A stretch of 63,926 nt of DNA, the filler included, from Intoshia linei (Eukaryota > Animalia > Orthonectida): the NCBI GenBank assembly GCA_001642005.1. It is 4 parts of 4 records of this genome, joined end to end, with 100 filler letters (N's around TTAATTAATTAA, not from the genome) between each part and the next. Parts side by side here need not be neighbours in the genome. Positions count along the whole stretch, not along the records: positions 1 to 26,261 come from LWCA01000478.1; 3 more parts are not named here. The stretch is one strand, 5' to 3'. Under the pieces are notes generated by a model. That model saw only the letters and a list, made by a program, of their open reading frames with translations, searched no databases and was not told the DNA's origin. Position 1 is the stretch's first letter; every line of letters begins with the position of its first letter. Position numbers and translations under genes: made by a program. This document shows, in pieces, positions 1 to 13,700 of the stretch.

Positions 1-656
1 ATGTTTTTGTGACCTGCAGTTAAATGTGGGGTACATTTCAATTTTTGTCGAGTCCGGTTTGAAGCACTATTAATTACGTTTAGAATAGTGCGAGGTGAGC
101 AAGAAAGGTTCAGTTTTCTACGTATGTCATCCGAAGACAAGGTGGAATTTGAAGCCTTACGTCGTATTGTCCTAATTTCTCGCTCATTTAAACACATTGG
201 ACGTCCCATTCTGCATTTACCAGTTGTGCCCACACTTCTGGTGAAATTATTTATGGCATGCCTACTTCTATTGATAATCCTAGCAATTTCAGACACGTTT
301 TGATTCGCCAAAACTAATTGCGTGATTTTTCGTTTTTCATTATCATTCAATTTTTTTCCTTTATACATACTGTTAAAAATGATGCACTATAAAAGAAAAA
401 TAAAAAAATTACCTGTTTAATTAAGTTTTAATTTATAATTAATCAAAATTTTGGGACACTTTTTTCCAATTTAAAAATGGTATTTAAACTTTATTTAGAA
501 TTTAATTAAAATTAAATTAGTTTTTATCGTAAGTTATTATATAATAAGATTTATAATTATTTTATACACCATTTATAAAAAACAAATATATTTAAATGAT
601 TTTAACAACTATTTATATAATATTTTATGAATGTCCCAAACTTTTTTCTAGCAGTG
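1..656 (-). mobile_element. Tc1/mariner (Tc3-like) transposon, 5' end; the rest lies outside the window
   Basis: The minus-strand terminus reads TA|CACTGCTAGAAAAAAGTTTGGGAC (TA at 657-658). An ATG at 368 opens a frame running to the window edge: MYKGKKLNDNEKRKI...EIARIINRSRHAI...GRPMCLNEREIRTIRRKAS...SCSPRTI, i.e. a paired-like HTH plus GRPR-type linker typical of Tc3 transposases. Confidence 0.85.
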
Positions 657-1090
657 TAATCTGCGTTAAATTTTTGTTTGTCTCACTTTTTTAATTGTAT
701 TTTTATTTATATGTGAGTGCGTTATTTTTTCTGCACATTTGCAGTGCCGACATGTCAAACTTTTAGTTACATTTACGACTTTATTTTGAAATGTGTACTG
801 CCTTACAAATGTATATACTTTGTGGAGAGAATCGATGTCTGATAAAATAAAATTTGTTTGTTGGTTTCACATTTTTAATGAGTTTTATATTTGAGTGCGT
901 TTGTTATTAGCTCATTATCTATTTGAAATTTATAGTTCTGATCCTTACTTAAGTTTAAAAACATGTGGGAACCCTTGGAGTATAAAATAGAATTATGGTC
1001 AAAAAATATATCGTTTGATAACAATTTGAAAATGTATATTATGCAACGCGGGTGATAATCGATACCAACTCCCGCCATGTAAATGTTAAA

Positions 1091-4000
1091 TTATGTATTT
1101 ATTATGAATTTACCAATTAACTCCATAAAATGACACTTTAAGGCACTTTTATCGACATAAATATTCCTCCATTCAACATTATTCAAATATTTTGTCACGA
1201 TACGTATTGTTTCAATGTGAATTATGATGTATATTGCAAATGGTATAATTTTTAAGAAATAAAATATAAATTTATCGTATATGTTTCCTAGTTTCTGTAT
1301 GCTTTCTTTCCATTTATCTATATACCCATTTTCATCATTTATTAAAGTTTGACTTGAATTTTTATTGTTAAGTTTACCATATTCATTATCTTGAACAGAC
1401 AAGTAAATATCCTTATTTATGTAAAAGTTTATATTGTTTTTTAGTTTTTCCATATTAATTAACGTGTCTTCGATTAAATTTTCGATGGATTCTCTTTTGT
1501 TTATTTTTCTTGTAGAGCATATATTTGTATTGTTCATTTTTGTACATATCGATTTTTCCATCAATGGTTCACATATGTCCTTTTTTGTGTATCTAAATTG
1601 TTTATATTAATTAATATGTATGCGTGATTATTATTTTGTAGTAAATCTTTACTTACTTTAAGTAAGTTACTATTTGGAAGTAAAGTAATTTAGTTAATAC
1701 AGTAATACATCACTATAAAGAACCAATTCGTTCCGAGATCTTGTTCGTTAAGGCTTAACTTAAGCGGGAGTTTAATTGATATTTCAATTTGACACAATAT
1801 AAAAACGGTGGTTACGTTTATGATGTGTATAATGTTTATAGATGTTAAATAAGGATAATAAAACAATAATAATTAATTAATTTTTGCCCATTTTTCTATT
1901 TTTTTGTGTTTTTTAATTTGTTTGTTAACGCGGGAGTTCGTTAAGCTAGGTATAACTGTAATATATGTCTATTTGTTTGTAACAATTTATTGCACAAATT
2001 AAGAGGATTAGAGTTTTAAAAACACTAATTTCTAATACATTTTTTCTAGAGTGGTGTTTTATCGTAAATTTCATTTTCAGAAATTGAGTCCTTCAGGTTT
2101 AAGAATCCAAATTACCTTTTTTTTTTTAAATAAAATGAGTTCTATAATTTTATAAAACATATATTCTGGGTAGTTTTTAAAACCATGAGCATTATCATAA
2201 ATCAAAATCTCAAACATGTACATTTTCACGATAAAAACCACTCATTACCATTTTTTTTAAAAATAATAACAATCCTAGAATTTAAAAAAAATCACAAATT
2301 ATACATTTATTTCCAGTTAACTGTTAACTAAATATGCACACTAAAATTTCAATCTGAAAAATTGATGCCTTCACGCTAAAAAAAGTACTTTATCATTACT
2401 TTTTTTATTTTGTAACTTTTAATAGAAAATATATTCACATAACTTATATTCTTAGAATTTAAAAAAGATACGCACTTTCTCACTTGCAAAAAATTTTAAA
2501 GATTAGCTTTAACTTAAGTATAACTTTGTTAGTTGTAATGTTGAGATTGATATCAATGTTGGTAAAATTGCTTCATCCGAAATGGATAATAGAAGGAAAA
2601 TGTATATCATCAATTATGTTCTATATGAACATGAAGGGACCAGGTTTTGATCATGTTCATACTATACTGTAATATGAACATATATGAATGGCGATAATAA
2701 TATAATTAAAAGTTTCGAAATGTCCAATCAATGTTTGTTCAAACAAAATTGTCGTGTTCATATTGAGCTGAGTTCATATTCTAGGATGTTCATATAAAAC
2801 AAAATTGACTGTACTGTTGTTTAAAATTTTATTTTTTCTGGAATTCATGTTATTGTTGATTATTTTTAGGGTTTTAGCTGTAATTGGATTGTTTATAAGA
2901 TTAACCAGTAAGTTGATTATAATCAATTAAAAAATAATTTTTCAAATTAAAAAGACGGCCCTGGGCAGAGCTAGCTACTTTTGTACGAAGTACATAACAG
3001 TCGAACTAGTTTGTAATAAAAGAATAATACTGATTAATGGGATTTTCAGATTTTTTTTCTTTTAATTTATTCATTTCTCTCTTTTTTTTTGCATTATTTG
3101 GTGACCAGTAATTTGGATTTATTTTATCCAATACAATTTTGGCTTGGTCGTAAACGTTGGTTAGTTCCAAAGTTACTGCTTCGCATTGTAAATGAGCATT
3201 TTCCATGTTGTCTATACAGGATTTTCGCATTTCATCTAATACTTTGTTGCAATTCTAAAAATATATATAATTAAAGATTCTGATGTTAGTCATATTTGTA
3301 TCACTATGATGTATGATTGTATGACTAAGAAAAACACTATTTTAGATGTATTTTTAATTACAAATTGTATAAAAAACTACTGTTATATATACATTTACAT
3401 CAGTCTTCTGATTCAAATAGAGCAGTGTTTCCCAACCGTGGGGCCTTGGAAATATTACAAATTTATAGGAATATGAAAACTTTAGATTAATTTTATAGAA
3501 TAATCTCAGGTTTATAAGTGGTTATGTGATACTTGAACCAATTAATTGTATTATTAAAATCACAAAAAACAAATATATCTTTAATGATCGTGGGCTATTG
3601 AATTCAAATTTAACTAAATTGATAAGTATATGCAAAATGCCAAATTTGCAAAATTATCCGACTTTAACTACTTTTGCTAGAATTGTTTTGTTGCCGTGTC
3701 CATCCTTTTATTTAGCAGAATGTGGGTTTGGTGCAGTTAAGATTTACTGACAAAAAAATAAATAGACTACAAATTTTAAAAAGGGGAGATCTACGATTAA
3801 AGCTTACAACATTAGTACCTAATATTAATAAACTCTGTCAGAATCGTCAGGCTCAACCGTCTCATTAATTTTAAAAAATAAATAAACTATGATTGTTTTT
3901 ATTATTATTTTATTATAATTCGCTCGATTTTTTTTTAGTGGGGCCTAGCATAAAAAAGGTTGGGAAACACTGAAATAGAATATGAAGTGAATACTATGAA

Positions 4001-6179
4001 CTTCATTTTAGAATATTTATTTTTTTGGACCCCAAAGTTAACATGAAATATAAAACATTATGAAAAAATTAAAGATTTTTCTTACAAAATTTGATAAAAT
4101 CGTGTTTTTCAAAAAATATTGGAAAAGGGAGATTTTTCTATTATGGTTTGGTAAAATTGCTTTTTTTAAAAATTGTATTTTGTATTTTGTGGTTTGATTT
4201 AGTGGATTTTTGAAAAAATATCGGTAAAAGTCGATTTTTCCCTGAGGATTGGAAATGGTATTTTTATTAAATGTTATTAATGGTGGAATAAAAGTGGCAT
4301 TTTTGAAATAGTAATATAGCCGTCTTCTAGGCTTTGGGATAATTCCAAACATCTGTCAACTATAATATATTTTAAAAATCTATCCTAACTTATATAATAT
4401 GCTACGCGATTTTTGTTTGTGTGTGTTTCCAGCTTTATTTAAGTAACTACCCGTCTTAGAATTTTATAAAGTCCACATTTCAATTACAGTTTTTTCCGAG
4501 GGTGTTGGCAAAACAAATTTCAAGTTTCCAAACTCACATCTTACGTGTCAAAAAGCCCAATTGTCTTTTTTTTAAAAATCAAACGAGGTCTATAATTTAA
4601 AAAAATATATACTCTGATATCCATTTTAAAATCATAAATATTATCATAAATTTAAATTCAAAAAAAATATATCTTCGGGGCCAAAATCCCAAATTACCCC
4701 TTTTTTTAATGAAAACAGCCCTAGAATTTAAAAAAATTTATAAGTGGTACAGTTGTATCCTGTTAACACACAAAATTTTTTAATCTGAATAAGTAACGTC
4801 TTTACGGTCAAAAAAGCATTATATTATTAGTATTCATATATTTTTTTTCCGAAATATTTTATTAAAACAAAAAATTTGAAATAATTAACTATTAAAAGTT
4901 AAAAAAAAAAATTATTCTGATAGAGCTTATTCAAGTTGATATAAATACAAAATTTCAACTCCAGACATCTACGCGTTCCCGGTGAAAAATAATTTTTAAT
5001 ATATTATCAACAAATATTTTTCAAATATTTCGATTAAAATAAAAATAGAAAATGTAAATATTGATCCTACAATTTCAAAAAAAATGTGCATTGAACGTCT
5101 ACACATCCAAGGACCCCAATTGGGAACCACAGATTTCCATGCATAAAAATGTATATGTTCAAGTTGGGGTTAATTTTTGTTGACGCAGGTTAGCGACATT
5201 TAATATACAAAAATAGTTAAAACCACTAAACGGTAATGTTACTTACCTGTTGAATTATTTCAATGTTAATGTTTTGTTTTCGATTATTGTGTAAAATAAT
5301 ATTCAATTGATTTTGGAGAGGAGTGAATGATTTTTTGACGTCATTTGTGGCAACATGCAATTGTCTCATGGTGCTATTGATTCGATGCATCATGCTTTCA
5401 AAAGGGCGCAGCAATAGCCTTGTTTGATTTTCTGCATGCATCGTAGAACATTTTGCCATATTACCCAAGCTATTTACATGAAAGCGGATATTTTGCACTG
5501 GATAACACAGAATCAGTAAAGTGCACAATGTAAGCATGATGAATTTCCCGGATTTAGAAGAAATCAGTGCCGGCACAATTAATGCTACTATAGTCCGGTA
5601 TCTCTTGAATTTTACTAAAAGAGCTGTGCAAATCACTAAATGAATTAAACTTATTGTTACAGATTCCATTATGCTATATTTGCATAATAGATTTAATATA
5701 AATATAAGTATGGAGGATATCAAAGTTGAGATTATTAATGAAACAAATACTAGTGATATCCATTCTTTTACATTTTTTTGTGAAAATTCATTAACAAATT
5801 TGAATTTTTCCTTTTTAGGGTACTGATTAATAATTTCAAATTCATCTAATGAATCTTGTTCCGAATTAATTAGAGACAGGTTAGGGGATGATTTTATTTT
5901 TGCCAACGTGTAAGAGTTTCTCTGACTAAATTTTATTTGTGGTTTGACTAAGATTTTGGGTTTTGTCTGATTTAAAGCTACTGTATTATAATTATCTGAA
6001 CATGACTGAGTTGTTGATTGACTTGACCCTGTATTATGTATATGACACCTTTTTTCTAAATGATAATTTACATTATAATTTTATAATTTTTATTATGATT
6101 ACAGGTAAGTTTTCGGTACGTGAAAATTACCCATTTTTTCAAATCTCTTTTCTTTTAAATCCGACTTGTTCCAATACAT
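1091..6179 (-). CDS. DC-STAMP domain-containing protein (DCST1/DCST2, sneaky, SPE-42/49 family); 3' end unresolved
   Basis: Exons with GT-AG borders and compatible phases: 6131-6179 (MYWNKSDLKEKRFEKM), 5247-6055, ~3032-3254, ~1113-1594. The segment RTIVALIVPALISSKSGKFIM...YPVQNIRFHVNSLGNMAKC resembles the DCST N-terminal TM region. It is followed by a Cys-spaced ectodomain and KYLNNVEWRNIYV, which resembles the DC-STAMP YL.D..FDN.YIT motif. Confidence 0.75.
1700..1958. mobile_element. pogo/Tigger-like MITE
   Basis: Termini TA|CAGTAATAC ... GTATAACTG|TA with a TA target site; internal repeats GTTCGTTAAG and GCGGGAGTT. Confidence 0.55.
1965..3009 (+). mobile_element. Non-autonomous Helitron copy (degenerate, with an internal insertion)
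   Basis: 3' end GCCCTGGGCAGAGCTAG...TGTACGAAGTACA (hairpin)...CTAG|T. Internal blocks match the 21705-23138 copy. Confidence 0.7.
3423..3972 (+). mobile_element. hAT (Buster/Charlie-type) internally deleted element retaining the transposase C-terminus
   Basis: TIRs CAGTGTTTCCCAACC / GGTTGGGAAACACTG. TSD AAATAGAG/AAATAGAA (7/8, NNNTANNN pattern). Frameshifted peptide LLPCPSFYLAECGFGAV...RGDLRLKLTTLVPNINKLCQNRQAQPSH*. Confidence 0.9.
4383..5110 (+). mobile_element. Helitron 5' half
   Basis: Begins A|TCCTAACTTATATAATATGCTACGCG...GTGTGTG and is collinear with ~21705-22435. Confidence 0.8.
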
Positions 6180-7729
6180 GTGTATTATTAATAAAAAAAA
6201 GTTTAATTATTCTCAACTAATTGGTTTTAAAATTCAGCATAATTGATTCCACTGAATCTGTCTTATCGATTTTTATTTAATGTCCCATAGGTTTATAATT
6301 TAGTGTTGTTCTCAATTAGTAAATATTCCGTGATTCTACAGTCTGTTTATATCGATTCAACACGTTTCTTTACTTGTTGGTAACGCTTTAAATTTTACTG
6401 TTGCACTTAATCGTGTTTAAATTGTTTTATTCTCGATACACATGTCTTTATTTTTAATTTTGTCATTATGTCTTGTATATTCAATAAAATTTATATACTC
6501 TTATCATAACACCCTGTAAATCAACACTAACAAATTGATTAATATTTTAGTCAGTTATTTGACACTTTTCAACTTTTAATTTCATTACGTGAATTTTAAC
6601 ATGTATAGAAGTATTAATCAATTTATGGATTTGTCAAAACTATTTATTGTTTTCTCAATTATACATTTTGATATTTGATTTTATAGAATTATTTTATATT
6701 ATAATAATGATTATTATGATAATTATAGTTATTTATTTTTATTTATTTTGATACATGTTGTATATTAGTACAGTAATATTAGTTGAATAATTTAATTTGT
6801 TGTGTATATGTAATGGAATAATAGTATACGTTAATAATAATTTCATGTTATGGAATATCAATCGGTTTTTTATGCAAGTCGATATATTTTAGTACTACAT
6901 ATGTATAATTTAAATGTTATATTGATTATTATCCACTTGTTTATGATATAATTTTTAATGCGTTTCTAAATATATAGTATTTTTTATTTTTTATTGTAAT
7001 TTAATCATAATTTAAATTTTCTTGATAATATTTTTAAATAACATGAAATTATTAAATGCCAATTAAGATTTATTTACATATCACATACAATAGATTAAGC
7101 GACCTTTTCAAATAAATAATAATACAATGAAATGATTTTTTTGTCCTCGTTATCCGTGGTTAATGGGGTTTAAATTCAAATTTGAAAAATAATTAAAATA
7201 AGAAACATGCTTGATACAATAAATAAATTAAAAATGAATATCTAATTTACCCCAAACTTTAGGCCTCTTAACGACCTCGACAAATTAATAATGACAACCT
7301 CGCACTAATTTTGATAATTTTATCGTGGTTTGGTGAAATACTTTTATAAAATTGGTGATTTTGAGCACTGTATAATATGTATAAGTAAGGGTTTTCTTAA
7401 AATTGATTTTTTAGTTATAGTAGTAATTCTTCATGTTTGTACTATTCAGTGCGTCATTTTGATACATTGAAAATGTACGAAGATGTCGGAATGATGTATG
7501 AGCGAAATAGAATAATAAAATCTAGGTGGTTACGGGTGATTGCAAAAATTTTTTACGGTGACATGAGGGTAAGAATTAGAATAACGACCCGGACAGAGGT
7601 CTGTCTGTATTGGCTTATTTTACATAATACTAAGGTGTCATGTTACCTTGTATTTAGGTAATTCTGTAATTTGTATGAATTTATGTCTGAATTATTTTGA
7701 TTTTATATTTTTTAAAATTTTGTATTTAG

Positions 7730-10700
7730 GAAGAATTTAATGAAATAAAAAAAAACGAAATAATGTGGTATAGTTGCGGTCCCACTGTCTACGATTCTGC
7801 TCATATGGGACATGCCAGGTTTACTTTTAGATGATATTTAAAATTGGTTTGAATATTGTGAATGGTGAATTAATTTATTTATCATGTCATTTTGTATTAA
7901 TACCTTTCTGTGGATCATACAATGTTATTCTAAATATACCAGTTTTTCTCATGCGGGGAGGAATCGAGGGGAGCACAATGAATTGTTTGGGTTCATTTTT
8001 TTATCTTTTTATTAATTATATTAATTGGTTAATTTAAAATGTAAACAACCGGATGTGCGCGTCATTCTATGAAAATACCACTCCCTATATTTGACTCACG
8101 TCTTAATTCAAAGCAACAGAAACGTTCCCATTGAAAATTGTACCAATACATTTATTTTTTAAATTAACGCTTCTCGACCGTCGGTGCACTAAAAATATAA
8201 ATAAAATATATTTTTTCCCAAGAAATCTCGATTTGCAACCGTTGAAAACCGCATGAAAGGTAAACTTACATTGAAACTCCATTTTAGTTTCCAAACTTCA
8301 ATACAAAATACCATTTTATGTAGTACGTCAAAATATGTATATATATACATATTTTGACGGATGATTAAAATTTTTTGATGAGCTTGTTTAAATCGTTTAT
8401 ATACATTTGTAAGTTCAAAAAATCTTCACTACTTCACAATTTATCCGTTCTGAAACAAATTATTAACTATATTATGGTCACATGTTTTACTTGTGTTAAT
8501 TACCATTTTACATTAAATATCACAGGGTGTTAAATTAAGATTAACCCATGTTCTAAGTAAAAATTTTTATCACGGACCCGTAATTATAGTTAAAATAAAA
8601 AAAAATAAGTAAATTAAAATTTAATGGTTAATATGAATTAACCCTTCGACTTATTTACTAAAAATGTTATGTTGTGTTGCTAGTTTTTACACATTTAACA
8701 ATTTTTTAAAAAAATTATTTATTTTTTATATCTAATATTTTTATTGTTAATATGACATTAACTTTTTTAAATATTAACATTAAATATTTATTTTTATATT
8801 GTTAGATATTTTTTTAACCATAATATTCACTTCAACAGTGCTTTCCAACTGGTGTGTCGTGACACTTTTGTGTGTTGCCAATGATTTTCAGATGTGTCGC
8901 CAAACTTAAAACTTGATGATGATAAATTTTACATAGCTTATTTTCAGATTATTATTAGAAAAAAATTGGTTCAACTATATTTATTAATCAATTCTTTATT
9001 TTTTTGATTGGTGTGTCCGAAATTTTTTGAGATTGAAATATGTGTCGCCAACCAATAATGGTTGGAAAGCACTGCACTACAATAATATACATTACATTGT
9101 ATTTACATTGTTAATTAAATTCAGTTTATACAAATAAGAGTAGATATATATTAAATTTAAATTGAATCATCATCATATTGTCAAAATTTTTAAAAATTAT
9201 GTGAAAAAAAGTTTCTCTTATAAACCCTATCAAATTTTTGTCTTAAAGTTATTTTTAAAACTTTTAAAAATTCGGTGAAAAAATCAATAATATAATTAGT
9301 TATCAAAATCTATGATTATGTCACTCTAAGATATATCGCTCAACAGAATGTTATTTTGAATGCAATTTGCAGTCATTTTAGCTGAAGGATTAACCAATAA
9401 TGAATTAAAAGCAATTGTCACTTGTATAATTAAGAGGTGCACAGCCATAAAATGGTTAATGGTCCCTAAAATATATCATATTTATTTAAATTCGTTTTTT
9501 TCAACCTTTTTTCCAATGGGCACATTTGGGGAGAAATTAAAAAAATTTGGCACACAATCAACATAATAACAATATTTTATATTTTTTGGGTGGTCACTGA
9601 AAATACTTTAAAAACTTAAGTATGGTAAACTATTTTTCTAGAAAAATCTACAAATTTACGAAAAAAAGTTGTTTCGGTACAAAAACAAAAAACAAAAATC
9701 TAATTTAACTTGACTCTCTGTGTATGAAATGGTATTTAGGTCGTTTTCAATATTTCGTTAAGCACCTAAAATTTGCTAGAGGGCACTAGTGCGCCAGGGC
9801 GCACTTGTTGAGAAACACTGGTATAAATATACTACTAATATAGTTTTAATGTCGTATAAAATTTCTGCCGTTTGCTATGATTTTACAGTATTATAATTAT
9901 AGTAAAGAATTATTTTATCTTTCTGTATTTAATTTAACTTTTAGATCATATATTACTTTTGACATAATACGCCGTATTTTAACCGATTATTTCAATTATA
10001 ATGTAACGTACATTATGAATATAACTGATATTGATGATAAGGTAATTCATTTTCATGTAGATAATCATTATTAAAAAAAAAATTCTGTATAAGACATTAT
10101 CAATATGGAATTTTCCCCATAATAACACCTTAGTAACTAGGTTCTAATTAATAGAATTTAATTTTTTTAAATAAAAACAATTAAATGGTCATATTTCTTT
10201 TTATTATGAGTTTTTGACTAATAACATGACGAAGTAATATGCAGAAAGCATTATCAACGGGTTCACATTAGTTTTTTGGGGTTCATGAAAAATGTTATCA
10301 ATTTTAAATTATTTATAGATATAAATTAAAGTTAAAAATGATATTTTCGCAATGATAGTAATTATTTCTAATTAACGCCATTTAATTTATTATCTATTAA
10401 AAATTTGATAAAAAACATAATACATTGACTTGTAATTAGTACCAAAATGAGTCTATTTTATGATTCTCTTAAAAATAGATTCTAGAGCTTTAGAGATAAA
10501 ATTATTATTAACGGAATTTTTGGTTCATACAAATTCGTTAAGAAAAAATAAATAATTTAATTCCGTTAATATGGAATTTTTCCACTAAAATGGAATTTCC
10601 CCTAACAAAATTTCCGTAAATAAGGACTTAGACTGTACTTACTCTTGCAGTGTTACTCAAAAATGTTATTCTAAGGTAATCAATCCGCCTTTAAAATGCC

Positions 10701-13700
10701 ATTTTTTATACTTGTCTTATATAAATGTGAAATATCATTTATTCTAAAAATGTAAAAATTTTTAAAGATATATTCAAATATATATTCGTTATTCATCGCA
10801 GAGTACTATGTTCACTGATTTGTTTCGGCATAATTCCACTTTCATCAATTCTTCAAAATGTAAGAAAGTAAAACCTTAAAAAATTAAAAATTATGCATAT
10901 TAACTTTTAGATACCATATGACAGGACTGTGTCATAATGTATTATTTTATACTATTTTTAACATTTTTAAGCAAAAAATAAAATGTTCTCATAATACCTT
11001 TTTTAATTTAGATTAAATTTAAATCTATCCATTATAGATTATTACTCGAGCTAGACAAGAAAATTTTTTTGTAGAATATCTATCAAAAACCAAAAATATT
11101 GAACAATTTTTGAATTCTTTATCTTTATCATTAGAGGTATAATACATTTAATTTAAATTATATCATATTATATCTATTATTTATATGTATTATTTAAATA
11201 CAGGGCTATGAATAACCAACAGTACAATTGTATATAATATATGCAAATCAAAAAAGATTTGTTTCCTCTATCCATTGATTAACTTTTTTTCAGTTTTACA
11301 CTGCAGAGCACTGTTGGAGTAATAAAATTTCGGTTCACCTATAGAAAAATGTTTCTAACATCAGCCATTAATTTAGAATTGTAGGTCCGTCATAAATTGT
11401 AGGTTGCCACTAATGGCCTAACCCTCTCCACGGCAATGTTGATATATATTATTATGTGTGACATAATATGTTGTGCATCAAGTACAGTACTGTAATTTTG
11501 CGCAATTTTAGCATTACAAGTCCAAAAAAATTACCGATATTAACCTTGAAAATGCACGAAGTAAATTATACAATTCAGCAACACTGGCTTTCGATCAATT
11601 TGATAAAATGGACAAAAATACAATTTTGGATCCTTCAAATGTTTTACACCATGAAGTATTTTAATTATATAAATACAATTTAAATACAATAACCCTATTT
11701 ATAGTTAATCTTAAAAACCAAATCTGTTGTAGTTGAATGGTTGGACAAAGAATTGTCGCATAGCATTACTAGCGATCAAAATTCCATTTTTTTTGATTTA
11801 CCCAGAAAATATGAACAGGAGTTTTTACAAGATATGCATTCTCTTAATGTTTTATCTCACATTTACTTGGTATTATTGTTTAAATAGGTGAAAGATGCCG
11901 ATATTTTAACTCGCGTGTCAGAATTTATCTCAGAAATAGTAGACTTTATTCAACACATTATTGATAATGGTTATGGGTAAGTAATTGCATGAATTCATAA
12001 TATACAATCTCGTCAGCGTTTTTGCAATAAATGGTAGTCAAAATTTTTCATTTGAAATTTAATTATTCAATAATGTACACATCCATTTCAAAATGAACTT
12101 TTAAACTGAAATAGTTAATTTATATGCTTTATCAGCGTGAAATGAATTAAAAAATTTTTTTGTTATATTGTTATGTAATACAAGCTCAATAAAAAAATGC
12201 GGTTGCCCGGATTCGAACCGGGGTTGTCACGGCCACAACGTGACGTACTAACCACTATACGACAACCGCCAATGTAAATGGATTATTTTTGCTAAAGTAT
12301 AAATTTATAATTTTAAGTAATTAGATACAATTATTTTGTAGAGTTATTTACAATGGTTAATTTGTTGCATTGCGTTGACTTTATATTTAATCCTTGACAC
12401 TGAATTTAGTTACGCATCGAATGAAAGTGTTTATTTTGATACAGTGAAATTTTCTCAAAATTTTAAATATGGTAAATTGAGACCTGAAGCTCTCAATCGA
12501 ATTAACGATATTTTGGAATCTGAAGGTATCTTTTATTTTTGGTAAAAATGTAATAAAAATATCGTTTCCCTATATTGAGGTTATACTGGATGTGAATAAC
12601 TGCATTTTAGGGTCTCTATCACAACAAAATACTAATGAAAAAAAGGCACAAGTTGACTTTGCATTATGGAAGCGTTCTAATCCTGGTGAACCATCGTGGG
12701 ATTCACCATGGGGAAAGGTATTGTCTTTTTAAGTTGTAAATTAAAAATAATTTTAAAATTTCGAAAATACGGATAGTATGTATTATTCTTACAATTCATT
12801 AATATCTAGGGACGACCTGGTTGGCATATTGAATGTTCTGTGATGGCTGCAGCTGGAGGTTCTAAAAAACTGGATATACACGCCGGAGGAATTGATTTAG
12901 CTTTTCCACACCATGAAAATGAAATTGCTCAATCTGAGGTTATTTTTTCGATATTTTATTTTTAAACATTGGTTACCCAGTTGAACTCATTATTTAATCT
13001 ATTCATGAAAATTTCATGAATATATTCATTTATTTTCACAGCTTCTTTTCTAAACTGCCATTAAATATCTGGTCCAAAATTCGTAAAAAGTAACATATTT
13101 ATTTGATTCTACATTATTATTATTATATGAAGCTGACTGTTATTAACGTGTCTTTATAAGATGTATTCACTTTTATGTAGTTTAGAGGGTAACCACTTGG
13201 TTACTAACCTCTTCTGTACATATTATCAAATATAACTTATTAAATGTATAGGCTTGTTATTTGGATGGATGGGTCAACTATTTTTTACATAGTGGTCATT
13301 TGACTATAGAAGGTTGCAAAATGTCAAAATCTTTGAAAAATTTTATATCTATATCTGATGCACTTAAAACGCATTCTTTTCAAGAAATTCGAATTTTATT
13401 TCTTTTGCATTCCTGGATGGACACTTTGGATTATGGTGAATCTACAATGATGGAAGCAACCGGTTATTGGAAAATTTTGCAGGTAACCTGAATAGTTTAA
13501 ATTTAAATTGTAAATTTAAGAATTTTTTTGATAATGTACTGGATTGTAAACGCAAATGGATTGGAAATCAAAAGGAATTAAATCCAAATAAGGCTGTTAA
13601 ATGGGGAAAAGAAGAAACAAAATTAAATTTAGAGTGGATTTTAATGAATTTATTTCTTTATATTTAATCTAGGTTTACATCGTCTCTCGACAAAATTCAT

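Noticed and set aside
88-303. Plus-strand ORF (also 18962-19303, 19497-19745, 40701-41091, 50041-50292, 59118-59300)
   Set aside because: These are antisense shadows of real minus-strand coding sequence.
4038-4352. 104-aa ORF with internal repeats
   Set aside because: It derives from a degenerate tandem repeat also seen at ~60070-60200 and ~62610-62810, with low-complexity F/K/N composition.
7437-7661. ORF considered as CysRS exon 1
   Set aside because: It has no resemblance to the expected LYNSLTR-type N-terminal motif. It could splice in frame at AAG|GT (~7634) but there is no support, and it may be a retroelement remnant.
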